Below are positions 1-12,927 of a stretch of 30,858 nt of DNA, piece by piece (position 1 is the stretch's first letter; every line of letters begins with the position of its first letter). The stretch spans positions 1-30,858 of the forward strand of contig JAVEDG010000273.1 in the NCBI GenBank assembly GCA_030841245.1, given 5' to 3'. Both the position numbers and the translations under genes were made by a program. The DNA comes from Actinomycetota bacterium (GTDB lineage: Bacteria > Actinomycetota > Actinomycetes > JACCUZ01). The notes beneath the pieces were generated by a model. It had not been told where the DNA came from. It did not search any database and worked only from the letters and a program-made list of their open reading frames with translations.

Positions 1-31
1 ACATCGGGCGCCGCCGCACGACGACGTCGCG

Positions 32-1186
32 TTGAGCGTCTCGGTGGCGGGGCTGCAGGCCGCGCTCAAGGCCGCCTCGCTCGGGCTGCTCACCGTCATG
101 GTCGTCGTGCTGGTGGGCTGGGCCACCGCTGCCGACAGCGGTGCCAGCGCCACCGAGGCGGTCGCGGGGGCTCTGCAGGTGTGGCTCGGCGCCCAGCACA
201 CGGAGCTCGCCGTGGGATCCGCCGCGTTCCAGGTCGTCCCGCTCGGACTGCTGGTGGGCCCCGCGTGGCTGCTGTTCACCATGTCGGCCCGGGCGGCCCG
301 AGCCAGCCGGGTGGTGGGACAGCGGGGCGCAGTGGCGCTCACGGCCGTGGTGACGGCGACGTACGCCGTGCTGGCGGTGCTGGTCTCGCTGCTGGCCCGC
401 ACCGACGTCGTCCGGCCCGCGCCGGTCAGCGCGTTCCTCGGAGCCGCCGGGATCGCTGCCGTGGCCGGCGGGGCCGGGGTGGTCCAAGGGGCCGCGGGCT
501 GGGCCGGCGTGTTGCGCCGCCTCCCGGCAGAGCTGCGGCTGGTGCTCCGCGGTTGCCTGGGAGTGCTGTGCGTCCTCGGCGGCGGCGGCGCGCTGCTGGC
601 CGGTCTCGCCCTGCTCGCCGGGCTGTACCGGGCCCGCGCGCTGCTGGTCGGGCTGCACCCGGGCGCGACCGGCGGGCTGATCGTCGTGCTCCTGTGCATC
701 GCCTACCTGCCCACCGCGGTCGTCTGGGCGGTCGCGTACGTCGCCGGCCCCGGTTTCGCGGTCGGTACCGGCACCGCGGTCACCGTCAGCGGCTCCCACC
801 TCGGTGCTGTGCCTGCGTTCCCGCTGCTCGCGGCCCTGCCGGCAGGCGGTGGGGGCGTGGGGCCGGTCGTGTTCCTGCTGCCGGTCGTCGCCGGCGTGGT
901 CGCAGCGCTGCTCGCCGGGCGGCTCGACCGCAGCGGGCCCGAACGGGTCCTGGGCTCGTGGCGCGGGCTGCTGGTCACCGGTCTCGGGACCGGTCTCGCC
1001 AGCGGTGCGGTCATCGGGGTCCTTGCGGCGCTGGCGTCCGGGCCGATCGGTCCCGGCCGGATGGCCACGGTCGGTCCGGCACCGCTGGTCGCGGCAGCGG
1101 CGGTGGCGGCCTGGGTGGGTGGCAGCGCCCTGGCCACGCTCGTCGTGCGTAACCCGGGCGTGCTGCGTCCGCACCGGGACGGCTGA
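32..1186 (+). CDS. DUF6350-family / mycobacterial PerM-like multi-pass membrane protein (may be 5'-truncated by the window edge)
   Basis: Many hydrophobic segments; motifs WLGAQH, VPLGL, YLPTAVVWAVAYVAGPGFAVG and PAFPLLAALP; sits directly upstream of purN-purH as PerM does. The frame is open back to position 2, so the true start may be outside the window. Confidence 0.75.
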   Translation: MSVSVAGLQAALKAASLGLLTVMVVVLVGWATAADSGASATEAVAGALQVWLGAQHTELAVGSAAFQVVPLGLLVGPAWLLFTMSARAARASRVVGQRGAVALTAVVTATYAVLAVLVSLLARTDVVRPAPVSAFLGAAGIAAVAGGAGVVQGAAGWAGVLRRLPAELRLVLRGCLGVLCVLGGGGALLAGLALLAGLYRARALLVGLHPGATGGLIVVLLCIAYLPTAVVWAVAYVAGPGFAVGTGTAVTVSGSHLGAVPAFPLLAALPAGGGGVGPVVFLLPVVAGVVAALLAGRLDRSGPERVLGSWRGLLVTGLGTGLASGAVIGVLAALASGPIGPGRMATVGPAPLVAAAAVAAWVGGSALATLVVRNPGVLRPHRDG

Positions 1187-1209
1187 GCGCCGGCCTACGA
1201 CCCCACGGA

Positions 1210-1215
1210 TATCGT
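1210..1215 (+). promoter_or_regulatory. Candidate -10 hexamer (TATCGT) for a leaderless purN-purH transcript
   Basis: TANNNT hexamer 8 nt before GTG 1224; no SD present. Confidence 0.45.
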
Positions 1216-1223
1216 CGGTCCAC

Positions 1224-1847
1224 GTGAGGCTCAGCAGCGGTGTCCCGGCGCGCGTGGTGGTGCTGGTGTCCGGCACCGGGACCAACCTCGCGGCACTGCT
1301 CGAGGCGAGCGAGGACCCGGCGTACGGCGTGAACGTGGTCGCCGTCGGCGCCGACCGCAAGGACATCCCGGCCCTTGCCCGGGCTCAGGCCGCCGGGGTG
1401 TCGACGTTCGTCCTGCGGGTCGCCGACTTCGAGACGCGCGAGGACTGGGACGCCGCGTTCGCCGACGCCGTCGCAGGTCACGAGCCGGACCTGGTGGTGT
1501 CCGCCGGCTTCATGAAGCTGGCCGGGTCCGGCTTCCTCGCGCGCTTCCCGAACCGCTACCTGAACACCCACCCGGCCCTGCTGCCGGCCTTCCCGGGCAT
1601 GCACGGGGCCCGCGACGCGCTGGCCCACGGGGTCAAGGTGTCCGGCTGCACCGTCTTCGTCGTCGACGGGGGTGTCGACACCGGCCCGATCGTCGCCCAG
1701 GCGGCGGTCCCGGTCCTCGACGGCGACGACGAGGCGAGCCTGCACGAACGGATCAAGGTGGAGGAGCGCCGGGTGCTCGTCGACGTCGTCGGCCGGATGG
1801 CCCGCGAGGGCTGGACCGTCACCGGAAGAAGGGTCACCATCCCGTGA
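1224..1847 (+). CDS. purN: Phosphoribosylglycinamide formyltransferase
   Basis: [47 protein letters not shown]. Start reassigned to GTG 1224 within track ORF 804-1847. GTGA overlap with purH. Confidence 0.95.
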   Translation: MRLSSGVPARVVVLVSGTGTNLAALLEASEDPAYGVNVVAVGADRKDIPALARAQAAGVSTFVLRVADFETREDWDAAFADAVAGHEPDLVVSAGFMKLAGSGFLARFPNRYLNTHPALLPAFPGMHGARDALAHGVKVSGCTVFVVDGGVDTGPIVAQAAVPVLDGDDEASLHERIKVEERRVLVDVVGRMAREGWTVTGRRVTIP

Positions 1848-3397
1848 GCGAGGACATCCGGCCGCTGCGGCGCGCCCTGGTCAGCGTCTACGACAAGACC
1901 GGTCTCGAGGACCTGGCCCGCGGCCTGCACGAGGCGGGCGTGTCCCTCGTCTCGACCGGCTCGACGGCGGAGCGGATCAGTGCAGCCGGCGTGCCCGTCA
2001 CCGAGGTGGCGGACCTGACCGGCTTCCCCGAGTGCCTCGACGGGCGGGTCAAGACGCTGCACCCGCGCGTCCACGCCGGCATCCTCGCCGACCTGCGCCT
2101 CGACCGGCACCGCGCGCAGCTCGAGGAGCTCGGCATCGAGCCCTTCGACCTGGTCGTGGGCAACCTCTACCCCTTCACCGAGACCGTCGCGAGCGGCGCG
2201 TCGCCCGACGAGTGCGTCGAGCAGATCGACATCGGCGGCCCCAGCATGGTGCGCGCGGCCGCCAAGAACCATCCCTCGGTCGCGGTGGTCGTGGACCCGG
2301 CCCGCTACCCCGACGTGCTCGAGGCCGCGGCGTCCGGCGGCTTCACTCTCGACCAGCGGCGGCGGCTGGCCGCCGATGCGTTCGCGCACACCGCGGCGTA
2401 TGACGTGGCGGTGGCGTCGTGGTTCGCCCAGGGGACCGTCGACGAGTCGCAGTGGCCGGCCTTCGTCGGCTTCGCGCTGGAACGGCGCGACGTGCTGCGT
2501 TACGGGGAGAACCCGCACCAGCGGGCGGCGCTGTACGCCCGGCCCGGTGACCGGATGGGCTTCGGTAACGCCGAACAGCTGCACGGCAAGGCGATGTCGT
2601 ACAACAACTACGTCGACACCGATGCCGCCCTGCGTGCCGCCAACAGCTTCGCCGCGCCGTGCGTCGCGATCATCAAGCACGCCAACCCGTGCGGCATCGC
2701 GGTCGCCGACGATGTTGCGACGGCGCACCGGAAGGCGCACGAGTGCGACCCGGTGTCGGCGTACGGCGGGGTCATCGCGGTGAACCGGGCGGTGTCCAAG
2801 GCGATGGCCGAGCAGGTCGCACACATCTTCACCGAGGTGGTCGCCGCGCCCGACTTCGAGGACGGCGCGGTCGAGGTGCTCAGCGCCAAGAAGCCGATCC
2901 GGCTGCTGAAGGTGTCGGGATCGGGTGGGTTCGGCACGGAGTGGCGGCAGATCTGCGGTGGTGTGCTCGCGCAGAGCGCCGACTCGGTAACGGAGCCGGG
3001 CGACGCGCCACCCGGGTGGACCCTCGCGACCGGGGAACCCGCCGACCCGGCGACCCTGCAGGACCTCGAGTTCGCCTGGCGGGCCTGCCGGTCGGTCAAG
3101 TCCAACGCGATCCTGCTCGCGCACGACGGGGCCACGGTCGGTGTCGGAATGGGCCAGGTCAACCGGGTCGACTCGGCTCGGCTGGCGGTGGCGCGGGCGG
3201 GTGACCGGGCCGCCGGCTCCGTTGCCTCCTCGGACGCGTTCTTCCCGTTCCCGGACGGGCTCGAGGTGCTCGCCGAGGCGGGCGTGCGGGCGGTGGTCCA
3301 GCCCGGCGGGTCGCTGCGCGACGAGGCCGTGATCGGGGCGGCGGCCGGTGCCGGGCTCACGATGTACCTCACCGGGACGCGGCACTTCTTCCACTGA
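1844..3397 (+). CDS. purH: Bifunctional AICAR transformylase / IMP cyclohydrolase
   Basis: [76 protein letters not shown]. Confidence 0.97.
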   Translation: MSEDIRPLRRALVSVYDKTGLEDLARGLHEAGVSLVSTGSTAERISAAGVPVTEVADLTGFPECLDGRVKTLHPRVHAGILADLRLDRHRAQLEELGIEPFDLVVGNLYPFTETVASGASPDECVEQIDIGGPSMVRAAAKNHPSVAVVVDPARYPDVLEAAASGGFTLDQRRRLAADAFAHTAAYDVAVASWFAQGTVDESQWPAFVGFALERRDVLRYGENPHQRAALYARPGDRMGFGNAEQLHGKAMSYNNYVDTDAALRAANSFAAPCVAIIKHANPCGIAVADDVATAHRKAHECDPVSAYGGVIAVNRAVSKAMAEQVAHIFTEVVAAPDFEDGAVEVLSAKKPIRLLKVSGSGGFGTEWRQICGGVLAQSADSVTEPGDAPPGWTLATGEPADPATLQDLEFAWRACRSVKSNAILLAHDGATVGVGMGQVNRVDSARLAVARAGDRAAGSVASSDAFFPFPDGLEVLAEAGVRAVVQPGGSLRDEAVIGAAAGAGLTMYLTGTRHFFH

Positions 3398-3403
3398 CCG
3401 TCC

Positions 3404-3462
3404 TCCAGTGGCGCAACCTGGCTGCTCCGAGACCGAAATTTCGACCATTTCGCGCCACTGGA
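3404..3462. repeat. REP-like inverted repeat with an internal palindrome
   Basis: TCCAGTGGCGC (3404-3414) and GCGCCACTGGA (3452-3462) are perfect reverse complements. CGAAATTTCG (3434-3443) is a perfect palindrome inside the loop. Confidence 0.75.
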
Positions 3463-3552
3463 ACTGCCCACAGCCGTCCCTCTCAGCAGACCGTGGCTGT
3501 CGCCAGCCGTCCTTGGCCCGGGAGCGGCCGGCGCGTGAAAGACTCGGACACC

Positions 3553-4437
3553 GTGACCGCGACGATCCTCGACGGCAAGGCCGTCGCCGCCGAGATCAAG
3601 GACGACCTGCGGGGCCGCGTGGCGCGGCTGCGGGAGCAGGCCGTCGTGCCCGGGCTCGGGACCGTGCTGGTGGGTGACGACCCCGGAAGCCGTGCCTACG
3701 TCGCGGGCAAGCACCGCGACTGCGCCCAGGTCGGCATCGAGTCGATCCAGCGCGAGCTGCCCGCGACCGCGACGCAGACCGACGTCGAGCGGGTCGTCGA
3801 CGAGCTCAACGCAGACCCGGCGTGCACCGGCTACCTGGTGCAGCTGCCGCTGCCCCGCGGCCTTGACGCCAACGTGGTGCTGGAACGGGTCGACCCCGAC
3901 AAGGACGTCGACGGGCTGCACCCGCTCAACCTGGGCCGGCTGGTCCTCGGTCGTGCGGCGCCGCTGCCCTGCACCCCGCGGGGCATCGTCGAGCTGCTGC
4001 GGCGCTACGACGTGGCACTCGACGGTGCAGAGGTCGTCGTGATCGGACGTGGGGTCACCGTCGGGCGGCCGCTGGGGCTGCTGCTGACCCGGCGTACCGA
4101 GAACGCCACGGTGACGCTGTGCCACACCGGGACCAAGGACCTGATCCAGCACGTCGGGAGGGCAGACATCCTCGTGGCGGCCGCAGGGGTGGCAGGCCTG
4201 ATCTCGGCCGAGGCGGTTCGGCCCGGTGCCGTCGTCCTCGACGTGGGCACGACGCGCACGGACGCTGGGCTGGTGGGGGACGTCGCTCCGCAGGTGCGCG
4301 ACGTGGCGGGGTTCCTCGCGCCCATGCCCGGGGGGGTGGGCCCCATGACCCGGGCGATGCTGCTGCTCAATGTCGTGGAGGCCGCGGAGCGCCGGGTGGG
4401 CATGGAGGCCGCGGAGCGCCGGGTGGGCGGGGTGTGA
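3553..4437 (+). CDS. folD: Methylenetetrahydrofolate dehydrogenase/cyclohydrolase
   Basis: [66 protein letters not shown]. Start at GTG 3553. Confidence 0.96.
   Translation: MTATILDGKAVAAEIKDDLRGRVARLREQAVVPGLGTVLVGDDPGSRAYVAGKHRDCAQVGIESIQRELPATATQTDVERVVDELNADPACTGYLVQLPLPRGLDANVVLERVDPDKDVDGLHPLNLGRLVLGRAAPLPCTPRGIVELLRRYDVALDGAEVVVIGRGVTVGRPLGLLLTRRTENATVTLCHTGTKDLIQHVGRADILVAAAGVAGLISAEAVRPGAVVLDVGTTRTDAGLVGDVAPQVRDVAGFLAPMPGGVGPMTRAMLLLNVVEAAERRVGMEAAERRVGGV
4376..4428 (+). repeat. Tandem duplication (27-bp period) in the last codons of folD
   Basis: TGGAGGCCGCGGAGCGCCGGGTGGGC at 4376-4401 and 4403-4428; protein reads [18 protein letters not shown]. Confidence 0.95.
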
Positions 4438-4877
4438 GCGTGTCCGCCGACGAGCCGGCGGCGCCGCAGCAGGGCGCGCCACCGCCGGTGTCGCGCCCGG
4501 GCCTGCACGACTCCCCGCCGGACCCGTCACCGCCGGAGCCGCGCCCGGGCCCGCACGACTCGCCGCTGGACCCGCTTGCCGGCCTGGACCCGCTGCCGCC
4601 GATCCGCGGCGGCTTCGTCGGTCGGCAGTGGCCGTTGCTGCTGGTCCTGCTGCTGGGCGCGGCGGGCCTCGTCGTCGTGGCGGCCGGCCATTTCCGGCCC
4701 GGCTGCCAGCTGCTCGGCGCCTCGGTGCTGTGCGCGGCGGTGGCCCGGACCGTGCTCCCTCCGCGCCGGGTGGGACTGCTGGTGGTCCGCAGCCGGCCGT
4801 TCGACGTCGCAGTCATGCTCGCGCTGGGCCTGACCATCGAGATCCTCGCCGCCGTGATCCCGACCCCGAGGGGCTGA
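4434..4877 (+). CDS. DUF3017-like small membrane protein with Pro-rich N-terminus
   Basis: C-terminal part of track ORF 4119-4877 ([10 protein letters not shown]...[20 protein letters not shown]). GTGA overlap with the folD stop; usual position after folD in actinobacteria. Confidence 0.8.
   Translation: MSVSADEPAAPQQGAPPPVSRPGLHDSPPDPSPPEPRPGPHDSPLDPLAGLDPLPPIRGGFVGRQWPLLLVLLLGAAGLVVVAAGHFRPGCQLLGASVLCAAVARTVLPPRRVGLLVVRSRPFDVAVMLALGLTIEILAAVIPTPRG
4493..4574 (+). repeat. Imperfect 34-bp direct repeat (48-bp period) in the DUF3017 N-terminus
   Basis: 4493-4526 vs 4541-4574 match at 31/34 nt; [11 protein letters not shown] / [11 protein letters not shown]. Confidence 0.8.
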
Positions 4878-4904
4878 GCGACGCGCCCGAGCGGCTGAGC
4901 GACG
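4872..4904 (+). repeat. 12-bp direct repeat spanning the DUF3017 stop codon
   Basis: GGCTGAGCGACG at 4872-4883 and 4893-4904. Confidence 0.65.
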
Positions 4905-4981
4905 GGCGGCACAGGCCGGCTTCGGAGCGGCAGCCCGGTTCCCCGCCGTGCTCTTGCCTGGGATAGCCTCGGCGAAGAAAC

Positions 4982-6051
<1,070 letters not shown>

Positions 6052-6118
6052 ACATCCACCACTCGCCGTACGGCGTGCCCGTCCGCGCCGACCACTGACC
6101 GCACGAGGAGCGCCGCAC

Positions 6119-7333
6119 ATGGCCAAGATCAAGGTCGCCAACCCGGTCGTAGAGCTCGACGGTGACGAGATGACCCGCATCATCTGGTCGTTCATCAAGG
6201 AGCGGCTGATCCATCCCTACCTCGACGTCGACCTGAAGTACTACGACCTCGGCATCGAGCACCGCGACGCGACCGACGACCAGGTGACGGTGGACGCGGC
6301 CGAGGCGATCAAGCAGTACGGCGTCGGCGTGAAGTGCGCGACCATCACTCCGGACGAGGCCCGGGTCAAGGAGTTCGGCCTGAAGAAGATGTGGCTCTCG
6401 CCGAACGGCACGATCCGCAACATCCTCGGCGGCGTCATCTTCCGTGAGCCGATCGTCATCTCCAACATCCCGCGGCTGGTGCCCGGCTGGACCAAGCCGA
6501 TCGTGATCGGACGTCACGCCCACGGCGACCAGTACCGCGCGCAGAACTTCGTCGTCCCCGGCCCGGGGAAGGTGACGATCACCTACACGCCGGAGGACGG
6601 GGGCGAGCCGATGGAGTTCGACGTCGCGACGTTCACCGGTGGTGGTGTCGCGATGGGGATGTACAACTTCGACGACTCGATCCGCGACTTCGCCCGAGCG
6701 TCTCTGCGCTACGGCCTGGAGCGAGGCTTCCCGGTCTACCTGTCGACCAAGAACACCATCCTCAAGGCGTACGACGGGCGGTTCAAGGACCTGTTCCAGG
6801 AGGTGTTCGAGTCGGAGTTCAAGGCCGACTTCGACGCGAAGGGGCTGACCTACGAGCACCGGCTGATCGACGACATGGTCGCGGCCGCGCTGAAGTGGGA
6901 GGGCGGCTACGTCTGGGCGTGCAAGAACTACGACGGCGACGTGCAGTCCGACACGGTCGCCCAGGGCTTCGGGTCACTGGGCCTCATGACGTCGGTGCTG
7001 ATGACGCCCGACGGCAAGGTCGAGGCCGAGGCGGCGCACGGCACGGTGACCCGGCACTTCCGCCAGCACCAGCAGGGCAAGCCGACCTCGACGAACCCGA
7101 TCGCCTCGATCTTCGCCTGGACCCGCGGGCTCGAGCAGCGCGGCAAGCTCGACTCGACCCCCGAGGTGGTCGACTTCGCCCAGCGGCTCGAGCAGGTGTG
7201 CGTCGAGACCGTCGAGGCCGGTGCGATGACCAAGGATCTCGCGCAGCTCGTGGGCGAGGACCAGCCGTTCCTCGACACCGAGGACTTCCTGGCCGCCCTC
7301 GACGAGGGCCTGACCAAGACGATGGCCGGCTGA
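6119..7333 (+). CDS. icd: NADP-dependent isocitrate dehydrogenase (homodimeric, eukaryote-like / Icd1 type)
   Basis: [102 protein letters not shown]. Confidence 0.97.
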   Translation: MAKIKVANPVVELDGDEMTRIIWSFIKERLIHPYLDVDLKYYDLGIEHRDATDDQVTVDAAEAIKQYGVGVKCATITPDEARVKEFGLKKMWLSPNGTIRNILGGVIFREPIVISNIPRLVPGWTKPIVIGRHAHGDQYRAQNFVVPGPGKVTITYTPEDGGEPMEFDVATFTGGGVAMGMYNFDDSIRDFARASLRYGLERGFPVYLSTKNTILKAYDGRFKDLFQEVFESEFKADFDAKGLTYEHRLIDDMVAAALKWEGGYVWACKNYDGDVQSDTVAQGFGSLGLMTSVLMTPDGKVEAEAAHGTVTRHFRQHQQGKPTSTNPIASIFAWTRGLEQRGKLDSTPEVVDFAQRLEQVCVETVEAGAMTKDLAQLVGEDQPFLDTEDFLAALDEGLTKTMAG

Positions 7334-7342
7334 GGCAGGTCG

Positions 7343-7373
7343 CACCCGGGGGCGGCCCGAAGGCGCCGGGGTG
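7343..7373 (+). terminator. Imperfect GC-rich hairpin after icd (possible terminator)
   Basis: CACCC/GGGTG-type outer arm and GGC(g)GCC-CGAA-GGCGCC inner stem, 10 nt after the stop; no U-tract. Confidence 0.3.
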
Positions 7374-7407
7374 GGCCGGGCGTCCGGTTCGTCTACTCTT
7401 GCTGGGC

Positions 7408-7475
7408 ATGGACGGTTGCTCTAGTCCGGCGTGCCGCCTTGCTGTCGTGCCTCGACGCGGGAACCGCGGTACGCC

Positions 7476-7479
<4 letters not shown>
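7408..7479 (+). CDS. Candidate leaderless uORF, 23 aa (MDGCSSPACRLAVVPRRGNRGTP)
   Basis: TACTCT -10 at 7394-7399, 8 nt before ATG 7408. Its TGA overlaps the GTG of the next gene (GTGA), which has no SD. Confidence 0.35.
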
Positions 7480-9859
<2,380 letters not shown>

Positions 9860-10420
9860 ATGGCTGGCGTCGCGAGCCCGGCCCGCACCATCGGCGTGGC
9901 GATCGCGATCCCCGAGCCGCACGGCTCCCGGCTGCAGGAGGTCCGGGAGTCCTACGGCGACTCGCTCGCCAACGCCATCCCGACCCACGTCACCCTGCTC
10001 CCGCCGACCCAGGTGCACGAGGCGGACCTGCCCGAGATCGACGAGCACCTGCGCAAGGTCGCGCTGGCCGGGGAGCGCTTCGAGCTGCACCTGCGGGGCA
10101 CCGGCACGTTCCGCCCGGTCTCCCCGGTCGTGTTCGTGGCGCTGGCCTCCGGGATCGGCGACTGCGAGCGACTCGAGGCCCAGGTCCGGTCGGGGACGCT
10201 CGCCCGCGAGCTCTCGTTCTACTACCACCCGCACGTGACGGTGGCGCACGACCTGCCAACGGAGGTGCTCGACCGCGCGTACGCCGAGCTGGCGAGCTAC
10301 GACGCGCGCTTCTCGGTCCGGGGCTTCAGCCTCTACGAGCACGGTGCGGACGGGGTGTGGCGCCCGCAGCGCGACTACCCGTTCGGCAAGCCGCTGCCGG
10401 GGCCGGACACGGCCCGGTGA
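9860..10420 (+). CDS. 2H phosphoesterase (2'-5' RNA ligase-like family)
   Basis: Two HxT motifs (PTHVTLL, HPHVTVA); ATG immediately follows the trpS TAG. Confidence 0.85.
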   Translation: MAGVASPARTIGVAIAIPEPHGSRLQEVRESYGDSLANAIPTHVTLLPPTQVHEADLPEIDEHLRKVALAGERFELHLRGTGTFRPVSPVVFVALASGIGDCERLEAQVRSGTLARELSFYYHPHVTVAHDLPTEVLDRAYAELASYDARFSVRGFSLYEHGADGVWRPQRDYPFGKPLPGPDTAR

Positions 10421-10486
10421 CCCGGCTAACGGCTGGGTCCGAGCCGCTGCGTGTAGCGCGCTGACCAGCGGGAACGCTGCCCAGCC

Positions 10487-11590
10487 ATGGAGACCGCGGC
10501 GCCGACCTCCCGGCGCGAGCGGCTGCGCGACCGGGCCCGCCGGCTGCGCGCGCGCCGCCCCGCCGTGGACCACGCGGTCCGCGCCCTCGACCGCCACAGC
10601 GAGGTGCTCGGCGGCCAGATCGCAGCGGCGCTGACCTACTTCGGCTTCCTGTCCTTCTTCCCGCTGCTCGCGCTCGCCTTCTCGGCCGTCGGCTTCCTCT
10701 ACCCGGGCGCGCAGGACTCGGTCACGACGGCCGTGCAGGGTGCCTTCCCGAACCTCATCGGGACTGGCAAGGGGCAGATCAACATCGATGACGTGGTCGC
10801 GGCCAGGACGAGTGCCGGGATCATCGGCGTCATCGGTCTGCTCTACTCCGGCTTGGGGTGGGTCGACTCGCTTCGCGACGGACTGCGCCGGGTGTTCGGG
10901 ACGCTCGACGTCCCCCTGAGCCTCGTGCGCAAGAAGGTCCTCGACCTGCTCCTCCTGCTGGTCCTCGGCGTCAGCCTGCTGGCGTCGGTGTTCGTCAGCA
11001 GCCTCGCCACGGCGGCGACGACCTGGCTGCTCGACAAGGTCGGGCTCGGGGACTCGCTCGCCGCCATCGTCACGCTCAAGATCCTCTCGGTGCTGCTGGC
11101 CATGCTCGCCGACACGGTGCTGTTCGCGATCCTGCTGTCGCGGTTGGCCGGCGTCCACCTGCCCTTCGAGCGGGTGTGGACCGGCGCGTTGCTGGCGGCA
11201 GTCGGCTTCGAGGTCCTCAAGCTGTTCGGCACCTTCCTGATCGGGCACGCGGGCGGAACGCTCTACGCGACCTTCGGAGTGCTCGTCGGCCTGCTCGTGT
11301 GGATCAACCTGCTCTCGCGCCTGCTGGTGTACGCCGCCGCCTGGACCGCGACGCAGCCCTACTCGCTGACGCCGGGAGGCATCGGGGAACCCGGGACCGG
11401 CCGGAGCACCGGCCTGGCTGCCAAGACCGAGCCGGTCCGGGTAGTGGCGCCGCCCGGCTACGACCTGGTGCCGCACGAGGTCCTGCCCGCGCCCGACCCG
11501 CGACGGACCTGGCGGCTCGCGGCCATCTCGGCCGGCCTCGGCGCCGCGGTCGGCGCCCTGGTCGTCCGCGTCCGCGACCGCAACCGCTGA
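10487..11590 (+). CDS. YihY / virulence factor BrkB-family inner membrane protein
   Basis: AAALTYFGFLSFFPLL, GLLYSGLGW.DSLR, GALLAAVGFEVLK, YATFG.LVGLLVWINL. Confidence 0.9.
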   Translation: METAAPTSRRERLRDRARRLRARRPAVDHAVRALDRHSEVLGGQIAAALTYFGFLSFFPLLALAFSAVGFLYPGAQDSVTTAVQGAFPNLIGTGKGQINIDDVVAARTSAGIIGVIGLLYSGLGWVDSLRDGLRRVFGTLDVPLSLVRKKVLDLLLLLVLGVSLLASVFVSSLATAATTWLLDKVGLGDSLAAIVTLKILSVLLAMLADTVLFAILLSRLAGVHLPFERVWTGALLAAVGFEVLKLFGTFLIGHAGGTLYATFGVLVGLLVWINLLSRLLVYAAAWTATQPYSLTPGGIGEPGTGRSTGLAAKTEPVRVVAPPGYDLVPHEVLPAPDPRRTWRLAAISAGLGAAVGALVVRVRDRNR

Positions 11591-11638
11591 CCCTCGCGTC
11601 CGACAGTCAGCGACACCCACCCAAGGCGGCGTGCAGCC

Positions 11639-12775
11639 TCAGTAGGAGAAGCGGCGCCGGCGCCGCAGCAGCACGACCCTGGCGCGTAGCACCGCCACCA
11701 CTGCCGCCAGCGCCAGCGGCGGCCAGAGCCACCACGGCACGCCGTGCCCCGTGGCGCCCGAAGCCGCTGCGGTCACCACCCGCTCGGCCTCATGGGTGTG
11801 CCGGATCGGTGCCGCCTGCGGCGCGGGCTGCCGGTCCAGGGTGCCGACGGGGGTGAGCGTGTCGACGTTCCGGAATCCCCAGTCGAGCAGTGCCGCGTCC
11901 TCCTCCCACGAGCTGGCCGTGGTGTGCATCACCGTGGCGAGGAGCACGTGCCCGTGCCGCCGGGCCACGCCGACGAACGTCCCTTGCGCCTTGGTGGTCC
12001 AGCCGGTCTTGACGCCGAATGCGCCGCGATAGTTGAGCAGCAGCCGGTCCTGGGTCCAGATCTGGAACGTCTTGCGCCTGTGGTGCCTCCTGGGCATCTT
12101 GCCGGGGAAGGTCGAGTGGACGGTCGTGACGTAGGTCCGGAAGTCTTTCCTGGCGAGCCCGGCCCGGGCGAACAGCGCCAGGTCGTACGCCGAGGACACC
12201 TGTCCCTTCGCGTCCAGCCCGCTGGGGTTGACCACGTGGGTGTCCATGGCCTCGAGCTCCTGGGCCTCGAGGTTCATCGCCGCCACCGTCCGATGGACCC
12301 CACCGGCGGCCTCGGCGAGCGCGCGCGCCGCGTCGTTGCCGGACATGAGGAACATGCCCTCGAACAGGTTGCGCACCGTGTAGGTGGCGTCCGGGACGAT
12401 GCCGACCCGGCTCCCGACTGCCTTAGCGTCCGCCCACTGGGCGCGGTAGACCGTGTCCGGGTCCAGCCGCGGCAGCACGGTGATCGCGGTGAGGATCTTC
12501 TGCGTGCTCGCCGGTCGGAGCCGGCCGTGCGGGTTCTTGGCCGCCAGCACGTCGCCGGTCGTCAGGTCCGCGAGCAGGAACGAGGCCGCCGTGAGCCTGG
12601 GCAGCCGGGTCGTGGCACCTGTGCCGCGGATCACTACGCCCTGCGTGCCGAGCAGCGGACCGCCGACGGGCTGGCCCGCACGGGTGCCAGCCGATGCGAC
12701 GCCGCTCGTCCCGACAGCGAGCGCCACGATCACGGCGGTCAGCAGGGCGCGGCCGGTCCGCGCGCGGGAGTTCAT
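11639..12775 (-). CDS. D-alanyl-D-alanine carboxypeptidase (peptidase S11, DacB-like) with signal peptide and C-terminal TM anchor
   Basis: SxxK (PASTQK), SxN (SGNDAA), KTG (GVKTGWT), NPSGLD; C-terminal TM segment followed by RRRRR. Start moved to ATG 12775. Confidence 0.9.
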   Translation of the reverse strand: MNSRARTGRALLTAVIVALAVGTSGVASAGTRAGQPVGGPLLGTQGVVIRGTGATTRLPRLTAASFLLADLTTGDVLAAKNPHGRLRPASTQKILTAITVLPRLDPDTVYRAQWADAKAVGSRVGIVPDATYTVRNLFEGMFLMSGNDAARALAEAAGGVHRTVAAMNLEAQELEAMDTHVVNPSGLDAKGQVSSAYDLALFARAGLARKDFRTYVTTVHSTFPGKMPRRHHRRKTFQIWTQDRLLLNYRGAFGVKTGWTTKAQGTFVGVARRHGHVLLATVMHTTASSWEEDAALLDWGFRNVDTLTPVGTLDRQPAPQAAPIRHTHEAERVVTAAASGATGHGVPWWLWPPLALAAVVAVLRARVVLLRRRRRFSY

Positions 12776-12927
12776 AACGGCCCCAAGATAGAGCGTCGGC
12801 GGTGTCCGAATCGTCCTCCACACCCCATCGGTGTGTCACGCCCGGCGCTGTACCGCTGATCGGGTCGAGCGACGGGCGCTGGTTAGCATCTGAGCACCAC
12901 ACCGGCACGAGGAAGGTGGCCCGCCCG

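Noticed and set aside
3398-3552. ZMP/ZTP riboswitch near purH/folD
   Set aside because: Expected from context, but I could not find the conserved ACUGGCG or GCCUGGGC-type elements.
12776-12927. Cobalamin riboswitch upstream of the mutase
   Set aside because: No B12-box-like conserved segments, and the leader after the TAGCAT -10 candidate (12884-12889) is too short.
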